Shown piece after piece: positions 1 to 9,200 of a DNA stretch of 24,069 bases (the first letter of the stretch is position 1; each line of letters opens with the position of its first letter). This DNA comes from Myxococcota bacterium (lineage in GTDB: Bacteria; Myxococcota; Myxococcia; Myxococcales; Myxococcaceae). The stretch is from the NCBI GenBank assembly GCA_049322255.1, contig JBMORE010000133.1, positions 62,001-86,069 on the forward strand, given 5' to 3'. Both the position numbers and the translations under genes were made by a program. The notes under the pieces were generated by a model. It saw only the letters and a program-made list of their open reading frames with translations, had not been told where the DNA came from and ran no database searches.

Positions 1-2
1 GT

Positions 3-713
3 GCGCACCCGGGCGCGGTGGGGCGGGCAGGCAGGGAAAATGCCCCGGACCAAGAGCGGCGGCTGGCGAACCGGGGCACCAGGTTGCTCGAGGGCCTCTT
101 CGGCGGCGGAGTGGTGAACGCGGTGGTGTCCGGAAATGGGCTGGGGACCGATCTTCTCGAAGCCGTGGGCCGTCTGACCGGAAACGTGGTGGGAGATTCG
201 GCGGGAACCGGGGGGGTGGGAATGGGAGGAACGGGCGTTGGGGGAGGTGGGCTCGACCCCGTCGGTATCGGGAGCCTTCCTCTCCCTGGTCGCGGCTCCG
301 GATACGGAAGAGGCGAGGTGCCGCTGCGGAAGGAGAAGGGCCCCAGGCCGTCCATCGATTCCGGCCCGGTCTACTCCTGCGGGGGTGGTGGTGAAGGCTG
401 TCTCGACAAGGAGCTGGTGCGCCAGGTCATTCGCCGCAACGTGGGTCAGATTCGCTACTGCTACGAGGCGCAGCTCAACCAAAAGCCCGAGCTTTCGGGC
501 AAGGTGGCGGTGCGCTTCGTCATCTCCGCACAAGGAGTGGTCAGCCAGGCGGAGATCGCCGAGTCGTCGGCCGACCATGCGGGGCTCGAGGCCTGTGTCA
601 CCTCGCGGGTGAAAAGCTGGCGGTTTCCCAAACCGCGCGCGAACGGGCAGGTGGTGGTGACCTACCCCTTCCTCTTCCGCCAAGCCCCTCTCCCCGTGGG
701 GGAGGCAGGGTGA
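3..713 (+). CDS. gltG: GltG/PglI-like gliding motility protein, C-terminal part (Gly-rich linker plus AgmX/PglI TonB-C-like domain); 5'-truncated by the window edge
   Basis: Frame is open from position 3 (AHPGAVGRAG...). A Gly-rich stalk is followed by LDKELVRQVIRRNVGQIRYCYE...GKVAVRFVI...CVTSRVKSWRFPKP...VVVTYPFLF, typical of the AgmX/PglI C-terminal domain. It lies directly upstream of gltH, as in the M. xanthus G1 cluster. It looks divergent and may be a paralog. Confidence 0.7.
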   Translation, partial: AHPGAVGRAGRENAPDQERRLANRGTRLLEGLFGGGVVNAVVSGNGLGTDLLEAVGRLTGNVVGDSAGTGGVGMGGTGVGGGGLDPVGIGSLPLPGRGSGYGRGEVPLRKEKGPRPSIDSGPVYSCGGGGEGCLDKELVRQVIRRNVGQIRYCYEAQLNQKPELSGKVAVRFVISAQGVVSQAEIAESSADHAGLEACVTSRVKSWRFPKPRANGQVVVTYPFLFRQAPLPVGEAG

Positions 714-757
714 GGGAACCGTACCCCTCACCCCTACCCTCTCCCAGAGGAAGAGGG
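685..757. repeat. Inverted doublet of REP-like palindromic elements (REPIN-like)
   Basis: 685-716 CCCCTCTCCCCGTGGGGGAGGCAGGGTGAGGG and 724-757 CCCCTCACCCCTACCCTCTCCCAGAGGAAGAGGG are imperfect reverse complements separated by 7 nt. They match the CCCTCACCC-n-CCCTCTCCC-n-GGGAGAGGG REP type common in GC-rich bacteria. Confidence 0.75.
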
Positions 758-779
758 AGTTGGGGTAGGTTCACGATTC

Positions 780-1406
780 ATGACACGCACCTCGGTTCTT
801 CTGTCGCTGGCGCTGTGGGGTCCGGGCACTGCGATGGCGCAGGGCTCGACCGCCCAGACCCAGGACAAGCCCGTCGAGACCTTCAATGAGATTGAGCGAG
901 GGTTCTACCTGGGGGTGACCGCGGGCCCCTGGTTCGTGTTGAACCCTCCCGCCGGCCCCGGCTCGAGCTCTCCTTTCTCGCCCGGGCAGATGGCTCAGGT
1001 CGAGGCGGGCCTGGACATCGGCGAGCGCCTCTCGTTCGCCCTCTTCCTCATGGGCTCGGCCAACCGCGCCGGCTCGGAGTACACCGGCAAGTCGAACGGC
1101 CTGGCGTCGGGAGACTTCTCGGCAATCGCTCCCGGAGCGGTGGTGCGCGCCAACCTCGTCGGCTTCAACGACGCGCAAGACGTCAAGCGCACCTGGGTCT
1201 ACCTGCGTGCCGGAGCCGGCTACATGATGTTCTCTCCCAAACCGCTCTTGCTCGACCCCGAGCTGCTCGTCTTCGGCGGCTCGGGGGTGGAGTACTACAC
1301 GCGGCTACGTCACTTCTCGGTCGGCCTGGAGGTGAGCGGAGCATTCCTCCTGCCTTCGGCCACCGTCGGCTTTGCCGTCACGCCAAGCTTGCGTTACGCG
1401 TTCTAA
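780..1406 (+). CDS. gltH: Adventurous gliding outer-membrane beta-barrel protein GltH (CglE/AgmV)
   Basis: 208 aa with a signal peptide ending AMA-Q, then FNEIERGFYLG, alternating amphipathic beta-strands, GVEYYTRLRHFSVGLE and a terminal LRYAF (BAM-type C-terminal Phe). Position fits the G1 cluster. Confidence 0.85.
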   Translation: MTRTSVLLSLALWGPGTAMAQGSTAQTQDKPVETFNEIERGFYLGVTAGPWFVLNPPAGPGSSSPFSPGQMAQVEAGLDIGERLSFALFLMGSANRAGSEYTGKSNGLASGDFSAIAPGAVVRANLVGFNDAQDVKRTWVYLRAGAGYMMFSPKPLLLDPELLVFGGSGVEYYTRLRHFSVGLEVSGAFLLPSATVGFAVTPSLRYAF

Positions 1407-1445
1407 GTCCGGTAGCTAGCCACCCTAAAAAAGAGGTTACTTTCG

Positions 1446-3158
1446 GTGGCGAACGAGCAAAGCAAGGGACCGGGCCGTGGGCCCGGCGGTGGAAAGGGCC
1501 GTCCCCCTCGGGGCGGCGAGCGCGAAAAACGGCGCGGTAAGGGCCGGGGCGAGCGGGGCGGGCGGGGACGCGACGAGCGACGCGAGGGCCCAGGTGCCGC
1601 TTCCTTCCGCGTCGTCACCGAGCTTTCCACGCTGGAGAAGGCGCTCACCAAAAACGACCTTGCCGCCCAGAAAGCACCGCTGGAGTCGATTCTCAAGGCG
1701 CTCAAGCCGTTGCGCCTTCAGTCGATCGAAAACCTCGACCTCAACACCCGTGGCCGGCTCATCACCAGCCTTTCCCGCGTCAGCCGCCAGCCCAAACCGC
1801 CCGGCTTCGACGAAGCCATCGCGGCAGAGTCGAAGCCCGAGGGCGTCAAAGTGGAGGCCGGGCCCTCCGAAGCGCCGCCGGTAGATGCGGCTCCAGCCGG
1901 AGAAAGGCCCTCCGAGGAGGCAGCTGCGCCCGGCGCCACGCCGGTACCGACAGAGGCTCGAGCGGAGGAGACGCCAGCCGAAGAGGCGGCGGCTGCGCCC
2001 ATTTCGGAGCCGGCGCAGGCTCCGGCAGAAGAAAAGCCGGTGCAAGAGGTGGCTTCGCCCACGTCGACGTCGGCGAAGCCCCCCATCGACGAGAAAATCA
2101 CCGCCTACCAGGACGTGATGTGGCTGGTGGGCGCCATCTGGCGCGCCGTCGGTGAGGAGCAGCGCGCGGCGCTGGCTTTTGCCTCCAGCGGGCGCAAGGC
2201 CGATCGCGCCGAGGCGGTGAAAGTCCTCCACCAAGTGGGCGACTGGCGCGAGGAAGCACGCGTTCTCGCCGAGCAGGGCCGGACGCGCGACGCCGCCCGC
2301 ATTCATGAACGGCAAAAGTCCTTCGCCGAGGCGGCCCGGCTGTTCGAGCTGGGCAAGGACTTCAAGGGAGCGCTGCGTGCCGCCCTGGCGGGAAAGGACA
2401 CCGACGCCGCCCGCAGGCTCTTGACGCAGCTGTCCCCCGAGGAGTCGCGGCCCCTTCTGGAGAAGGCCGGCGCTTGGGAGCTGCTCATGGAGCGCTACAT
2501 CGAAGCCAAGGACTTCGACAACGTGGCCAAGCTCTACGAGCGGGCACACCAGTTCGACCAGGCTGCCCTCGCCTGGGAGCACGCCGGAAAATACTCCAGC
2601 GCCCGCAAGGCCTACGAGCGTGCCAAGGACCATGCCTCCGCCGCCCGGGTGCGCGAGCTCGAGGTGAGAAAGCTCATCGAGCGTGGAGATCGGCTCGGCG
2701 CCGCGGTGCTCCAGGTGGCAGCGAACGACCGTGCCGGCGCGGTGGCCACCCTTTCGGCGCTGCCCGGCCACAAGGCCTTTCGCTTCATGCAGAAGGCCCG
2801 GCTCGACCAAGAGGCTCTCGCCTTCGCGCGCAAGGAAATCGCCAAGGCCCAGAGCGAGAACCAGCCGGGCGAGATGGCGCGCTGGCTCGAGCTGGTCGGC
2901 GAGGCCTCCGCCGCCGCCGAAGCCTGGGAGAAGGCCGACCGCAAGGACAAGGCGATGGCGATGTACGAGACCGCCGGCAACTGGCAACGCGCCGGCGAGC
3001 TTGCCGAAGCCATCGGTCAGCTGGACAAAGCGGTCGCCCTCTTCCACCGCGCGGGCGACAAGACCAACGCCGAACGCGTGGCTGCGCTGCCCAGACCCGC
3101 ACCAGCGGCCGAGCCCGCTGCGGCGCCGGAGCAAGACGGGGAGCCGGCCGAGGCATAG
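1446..3158 (+). CDS. Uncharacterised alpha-solenoid (TPR/SNAP-like repeat) protein of the G1 gliding cluster
   Basis: GTG start after AAGAGG. Arg/Gly-rich N-terminus, Pro/Ala/Glu-rich linker, then short helical repeats (AARLFELGKDFKGA, AKLYERAHQFDQAA, AMYETAGNWQRA). High GC3 codon usage. Lies between gltH and gltI. Confidence 0.85.
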   Translation: MANEQSKGPGRGPGGGKGRPPRGGEREKRRGKGRGERGGRGRDERREGPGAASFRVVTELSTLEKALTKNDLAAQKAPLESILKALKPLRLQSIENLDLNTRGRLITSLSRVSRQPKPPGFDEAIAAESKPEGVKVEAGPSEAPPVDAAPAGERPSEEAAAPGATPVPTEARAEETPAEEAAAAPISEPAQAPAEEKPVQEVASPTSTSAKPPIDEKITAYQDVMWLVGAIWRAVGEEQRAALAFASSGRKADRAEAVKVLHQVGDWREEARVLAEQGRTRDAARIHERQKSFAEAARLFELGKDFKGALRAALAGKDTDAARRLLTQLSPEESRPLLEKAGAWELLMERYIEAKDFDNVAKLYERAHQFDQAALAWEHAGKYSSARKAYERAKDHASAARVRELEVRKLIERGDRLGAAVLQVAANDRAGAVATLSALPGHKAFRFMQKARLDQEALAFARKEIAKAQSENQPGEMARWLELVGEASAAAEAWEKADRKDKAMAMYETAGNWQRAGELAEAIGQLDKAVALFHRAGDKTNAERVAALPRPAPAAEPAAAPEQDGEPAEA

Positions 3159-3204
3159 CGACGGAAGCGCCAGTGTTTTAGCGGGTTTAACCCGCACACG
3201 GCCA

Positions 3205-3232
3205 TTGCCGATGCCTCGATGGGTGGTAGAGT
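3205..3232 (+). promoter_or_regulatory. Candidate sigma70-type promoter for gltI
   Basis: TTGCCG-N16-TAGAGT with an extended -10 (TGnTAGAGT), 15 nt upstream of the ATG at 3248. No Shine-Dalgarno in between. Confidence 0.35.
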
Positions 3233-3247
3233 TCGGCCCTCTTCCCC

Positions 3248-6200
3248 ATGGCATCGAACGAGACTCGCGCGCAACGAGGGCCGGAAGACAAACCGTTCGT
3301 CGAGATGGAGGCGTCGCTCGAGAAATCCGGGCGCGTGGAGGAGCTGATTCGCCTTTACGAGTCACGCTCCCACGAGGTGCCTTCGGCCGACGAAGCCGCG
3401 CACCTGCTCAGCCTGGCCGGAGAGCTGGCGCGCGACCGCCTCAAAAACCACGCGCGCGCCGAAGAGCTCTACCGCCGCGCCCTGGGCGCCCAGCCCGCTT
3501 CGCGCGAGGCGCTCGACGGCTTACGTGCGCTCTACGAGCAGCGGCAAGATTTCGCGGCGCTGGCGGAAGTGCTCGAGCGCCTCGCCAGCCTCATCGGGGG
3601 GGCGATGGCCGCCTCCTTGTACCTGAAGGCCGCCGACCTCCACGAGCAGAAGCTCTCCCGTCGCGATCGCGCGGTGCTCTGCTGCCAGCGGGCTTCGCGC
3701 GCCGAGCCCAAGGAGCGCCTCTCCTTCCGCCGTGCCCGGGTGCTCTTCCTCGCCGAGGGGCGCACCCGGCCAGCCTTCGATTCGCTCGAGCGCGAACGCG
3801 CTGCCCTGGGCGACCGCGAGATGGCCGAGGAGTACATCGCCTTCGCCGAGCAGCTGCAAGACGACCCCACCGAGCAGGGCGTGGCGCTTCAAGCGCTGGA
3901 CATCGCTCTCAAGCTCGACCCCAAAAACCCCCGCGCGGAAAAAGCGCAGAAGGCCATCGGCAAGCTGGAGCACGAGTGGCGCAGCCGGGTGCGGGACCTG
4001 CGCGCCGCGTCGCTGGAAGAACGCGATCGCAAGACGGCCGCGCGGCTGTCCTTGCTCGTGGCGAAGCTGAACGCCTGGTACGACAGCGAGGCGAAGGGAA
4101 AGGTCAAGGAGGCGCTCGATCGCTGCTTTCTCTTGTGGCCGGCGATGCCCGACGCGCTCACCTTCGTCGAAAAGCTCGCCGAGAAGGAGGGCGACTTCAC
4201 CTCCGCGGCCAAGCAGCTGGAGAAGATGGCCGCGGCGGCGAAGGACAAGCCCGCCCAGGTCGACCTGTGGCTGCGGTTGGGCACGCTCGAGCTTTCCCGG
4301 CTGAACCCGCCCGACCGCGCCGCGGCGCTGGCGGCCTTCGAAAAGGCGACCAAGCTCGACCCCTCTCGGGCGGATGCGGCGAGCCTCGCCGCCGAGCTCT
4401 TCATCGAGGAAAGCCGCGGGAAGGACGCGGTGGCGGTGCTCGAGGCGCACCTGGCCACCGTCAAAGACCAGCACACCCGCGTCGGGTTGCACTTGCGCCT
4501 GGCCGACTTGTGCCAACTTCACCTCAAAGACGAGGCGGGGGCGCGCGCACATTTGGAATCCGCGCTGAAGCTCGAGCCGGCCAACGCACAGGCTGCCTTC
4601 CGGCTGGCGCGCATCTTCGCCGACGCGGGCGAGCTGGCCCACCTGTGGCCGCTGATGGAGCTGGCGGTCACCGCCCCCCGCCCGGTGAGCGAGCGCGTCG
4701 CCTTCTGCGAGAACGTGGCCATGCTCTTCGACGAGGCGGAAGAGGCGGGCAAGGCTTTCGAGGCGCTCGCGCTGGCGTTGGTGCTCGAGCCGGAGCGGCC
4801 GATGCTCCTGTCGTCCACGCTGGAGAGCGCCAAGAAGGCTTCGGCCGAGCAGGCGCTGGCGGTCACCTTGCGCCGCGCGGCCCTGGTCGCCTCGCCGGAG
4901 GCGGCCACCGCGCTGTGGCGCTCGCTGGCGCAGCTTTGCGAATCGCCGCTCTCACGCCCCGACGAGGCGGAAGGAGCTTGGCTGGAGGTGCTCAAGCACG
5001 CCCCCGGTGACCCCGCCGCCACCGAGGCCCTGGCCGCGCTCAAGCGCTCCACCGCCGACGGTGAGCCGACCGAACCCCGCGCCAAGCTTTTGGCCGAGGC
5101 GAAGAAGCTCGAGGCCTCTGCCGCCGACCCCGCTGCCGCCGCCGCGGTGTACCGCCAACTTTTGACGCTGCAGCCCGACGACGTCCCCACTCTCAAGCGT
5201 CTGGGGTCCGCGGCCGCGGCCCTCTCTCAGTGGGAGGAGGTCGCCACCGTCGCCGAGCGGCTGATGGCGCTCGCCGAGACCTTGCCCGAGCGCCAGGAGT
5301 GGCGCTGCCGGCTGGCGCAGCTGTATGCCGAGCGGCTGGCGCGCAAGGAAGAGGCCGCGCGGCTGTATTTGAACCTGCTGGCTGAAGGCATCGCCAGCGC
5401 GGCGGTGGTGGGGGGGCTCGAACGGCTTGCCTCCGAAGGGGTACGCCAGGGCGACATCTCCAAGGCGCTCGCGCCTCACTACGCCAAGGGCGGTGATTAC
5501 CAGCGGCAGGTGGCTTCGCTCTTGGTGCAGCTTTCCACCGTGCAGGGCAAGGAAGAGCAAAAGGGCTTGCTCTCGCTTTTGGCCGACACCAGCGAGAAGC
5601 ACCTGTTGGACAGCCGCGGGGCGTTCGACTTTCGCCTGCGCGGGCTCACCGTCGACCCTGCCGACTCCGCCTTCCGTGCCGAGGCGGTACGGCTGGCGCG
5701 CTTCCTCTCTGCCCACGCCGAGCTGGGCCGGTTCCTGCTCGAGTTGGGCGGCAAGGTCGCCGACGCTGGCTTGGCCGCTTCCCTGATGCAGGAAGCCGCC
5801 GAGCTGGCCGAAGAAGGTGGGGCGATCGACGACGCCGCCACGGCCCTCAAGGCGGCTTTGGACAAGAGCGCCGATCACCCCGAGATTCTCGCCCGGCTGG
5901 TACAGCTGTACTTGAGGGCCCACCGCTTCGCCGACTGCGACCAGGTGTTGCGCCGGCGCATCCTCGTCGCCGAGACGGAGGAGAAGCCCTCGCTCTACCT
6001 GCAGCTTGCCGAGGTGAACGCGGAGCTTTCCCGCCCGCGGGAAGCGGCGCAGGCGATTTTGGAGGCGATCAAGGCCGGTGCCGACGAAGAGGAAAACCTG
6101 CCGCGGCTTTCGCAGCTGCTCGAGCAGGGTGGCCGGCTGGGTGAGCTGTCGGACGTCCTGGGCCGGATGATCGAGCTGGCCGAACAAAAGGGCGACAAGG

Positions 6201-9200
6201 ACCGCGCGGGAAACCTCTCTTTGCGCCGCGCGCAGCTTCTGGAGGCTTCGCTGGGCGACAAGGCCGAGGCGGTGCGCAAGTACTCGGAGGTACTGGCGCA
6301 GCGGCCCTCCGACCCCGATGCCCTCGCTGCGCTGGAGCACTTGCTCACCGACCCGGTCTGCCGCGAGGAGGCGGCGCGCGGGCTGGTTCCGGCGTACGAG
6401 GCGGTGAAGGAGCACCGCAAGCTGGTGGCGGCGCTGGGGATCATCGCCGACGCCGCGCAGGACTCCCTGGAGAAAGTCCTCGCGCTCAAGCAAGCGGCGT
6501 ACATCCACACCCACCACCTGCGTCAGCCCGACCAGGCGTTCGCCGCTTTGGCCAGCGCGCTGCGCCTGTCGCCCGGGGACGAGGGTGTTCGCCACGCCGC
6601 CCGGGCCGCCGCCGAAGACGCCGACGCTGTCGACCTCTACGCCGAGGTGGTGAGCGAGCTCGTCGATGGGGAAGCCGCTGCTTCGGCCATCGCCCTGCAC
6701 AAGGAGCTGGCCGAGGTCTACGAGAAGAAGCTGAGCAACCGGCCGGCGGCGGTGGAGCAGCTGCGCCGGGTGCTGGGCATCGAGCCGAAGAACGCCGAGG
6801 CCCTCAAGGCCCTGGCCCGACTGCACCGCGCCGACGAGCAGTGGGCGGCGCTCGCCGACGTGTTGGAGACGTTGGCCGCCGTCACCGCCGACCCGGGTGA
6901 GAAGATTGCCCTGTGGCGCGAGGTGGCCACCTTGGCCGATCAACGCCTGGAGGATGTCGAGCGTGCGGCGGCGGCCTTCCGGCAGATCGCCGCCTACGAC
7001 GTGCTCGACCGCGAGGCGGCCTGTGCGCTCGATCGGCTCTACTCCGCGCTCGACAAGCCCAAGGAGCTCGCCTTCGCTCTCGAGCTGCGGCGCAACCAGG
7101 AAGGGCAGAGCCCCCAAGGGCGGGAGCTGGCCTTCCGCTTGGCCCAGCTTCGCCACGACAAGCTCGACGATCAGCCGGGGGCGCTCCAGCTCTACCGGCA
7201 GATTCTGGGGGAGGACCCCGCCCACCAAGGCACCCGCGACACGCTGGAGGTGTGGGCCCGGCAGGCGGCGGCGGAGAGCGGCGCGGCGATGGAGATTCTC
7301 GACCCGGTGCTGGCCCGCTTCGGCGACCACGCCAAGCGCATCGCCTTGCGGGAAGCGCGCATGGAAGCCGCCTCACAGACCGAGCGCGCCCGGCTCCGAA
7401 GCGAGATTCGCGCCATCTTCGAGCGCGATCTCGGCCAGCCTCAGGCCGCCTTCATGGCCGCGCTCAAGGCGTTCACCGAGGGCCTCGATCGTGACTCGAT
7501 TCGGCCCGACCTCGAGCGCCTGGCCCGCGAGACGGGCTCTTTCGAGGACTTGGCGGAGATCTACGAGAGCTGTGCCGGCGAGCTCTTGCCCGGCGACCCC
7601 CAGACGGTGCCGCTCTTGCGCAGGGCGGGGGAGATTCGCGAGCAGCTGGGGCAGTTCGACGACGCGGTGCGCGTGTGGAAGGAGCTCCTCGGCGAAGCGC
7701 CGCAGGACCGGCAGGCGCTCGACGCGCTCTCGCGGCTGTACGAGCGGAGCCACAACGCCAAGAACCTCTCCGAGGTGTACGCGAAGAAGGCGCAGCTGGC
7801 GAGCGACCCCGCCGAGCGGTTGGAGCTGCTCCTCAAAGCCGGGGCGGCGTTCGAAGAGGCGGGGGCGGACGATGCGGCGATCGAAGCCTTCAAGCGCGCC
7901 CACGCGATCAAAAAGGGCGAGGAGTCGCTCGTCGCCCTCGACCGTCTGTTCGGCCGCACGAAGCGTTTTTCCGAGCAGGCCGACGTGCTCGATCAACTGA
8001 CCGAGCTGTCCGCCGACCCCGAGGCCAAGCGCGCCTACGTCTTGCGCCGCGCGCAGCTCTTGGAAAAGGAGGGCCGCGCGGCCGAGGCGATTTCCGCCTA
8101 CGCGATCGCCCTGGAGCTCTTCGCCCAAGAGCCCACCGCCGTCGCCGGGCTGGAGCGTCTGCTCGCCGTCGACCAGGCCAGGCTCGAGGCGGCCCGCCTG
8201 CTCGAACCGCGCTACCGCCAGCAGAACGACCGCAAGAAGCTGGTCGAGGTGCTCGACGTCCGCCTGGGCGCCGCCGACCCCTCCTCGCGCATGCAGCTGC
8301 TCACCGAGGTCGCCACCTTGCGCGAGGCGCTGGGGCAAAAAGCGCTCGCCTTCGCCGCAAGGCTACGGGCCTTCGCCGAACAGCCCGAGGACAAGGAGGC
8401 CCGCGAGGAGCTGGAGCGCCTGGCGGCCGACACCGGGGCGTTCGAAGAGCTCGCCGCCGCCTACGAAGACCAGCTGGAGCGGGGCGTCACCCCTACGCTG
8501 GCGGAGGACCTGTGGCGCCGGCTGGCGGTGGTCTACGGAGATCGGCTCAGCCGCTCCGACCTCGCCGCCCGCGCCTGGGCCGAGGTGCACCAACGAGACC
8601 CCAAGAACCTCTTCGTCCTCGACGCGCTGGCGCGCATCTACCGCAAGACCTCGGCCTTCAAAGACTTGGCGGTGGTGATGAAGAAGCAGATCGCCCTCGA
8701 GCCCAACCTCGAGGCGCAGGTGAACCTGCTCTTCGAGCTCGCCAACCTCGCCGAGGAAACCCTCTCGGACAAAGCGCTCGCGGCGCAGTGCTACCAGGAG
8801 GTCTTGGAGCGCAAGCACGACGACCCCAACGCCATCAAGTTCCTCGGCCGGGTGCTCTTGGAGACGGAACGCTACCCCGAGCTGGCGCAGCTCATCGGCC
8901 GCGAGGTGCAGCTGGCGGAGGGGCGGGGCGCCACCGAAGAGGCCTTCGACCTCATGGTGCGCTTGGGCAGGCTCAAGCTGTCCCGCTTGGGCGATGCGCG
9001 CGGGGCGCTCACCTTGTTTCAGGAGATTTTGCAAAGGCGCCCCGACCATGCCGGCGCGGTGGGTGCGCTGGAGGAGATGGCCCGTTCGGAGAGCAACTTG
9101 CGGGGCGAGGCGGCCACCGCCCTCGAGCCGGTGTTCGCTCACCACGGCGACCACCTCAAGCTGGTGCAGATGCTCGAGTCGCGCGCCTCGGCGGAGACGG

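Noticed and set aside
1446..3158. DEAD/DEAH helicase interpretation suggested by the RG-rich tail
   Set aside because: No Walker A, DExD/H, SAT or HRxGRxxR motifs.
4952..7330. Long antisense ORFs (also 1437..3365, 9833..11617, 13037..14269, 15612..17186, 19076..20695)
   Set aside because: Antisense mirrors of well-supported genes. Stop codons are scarce on that strand because of codon bias.
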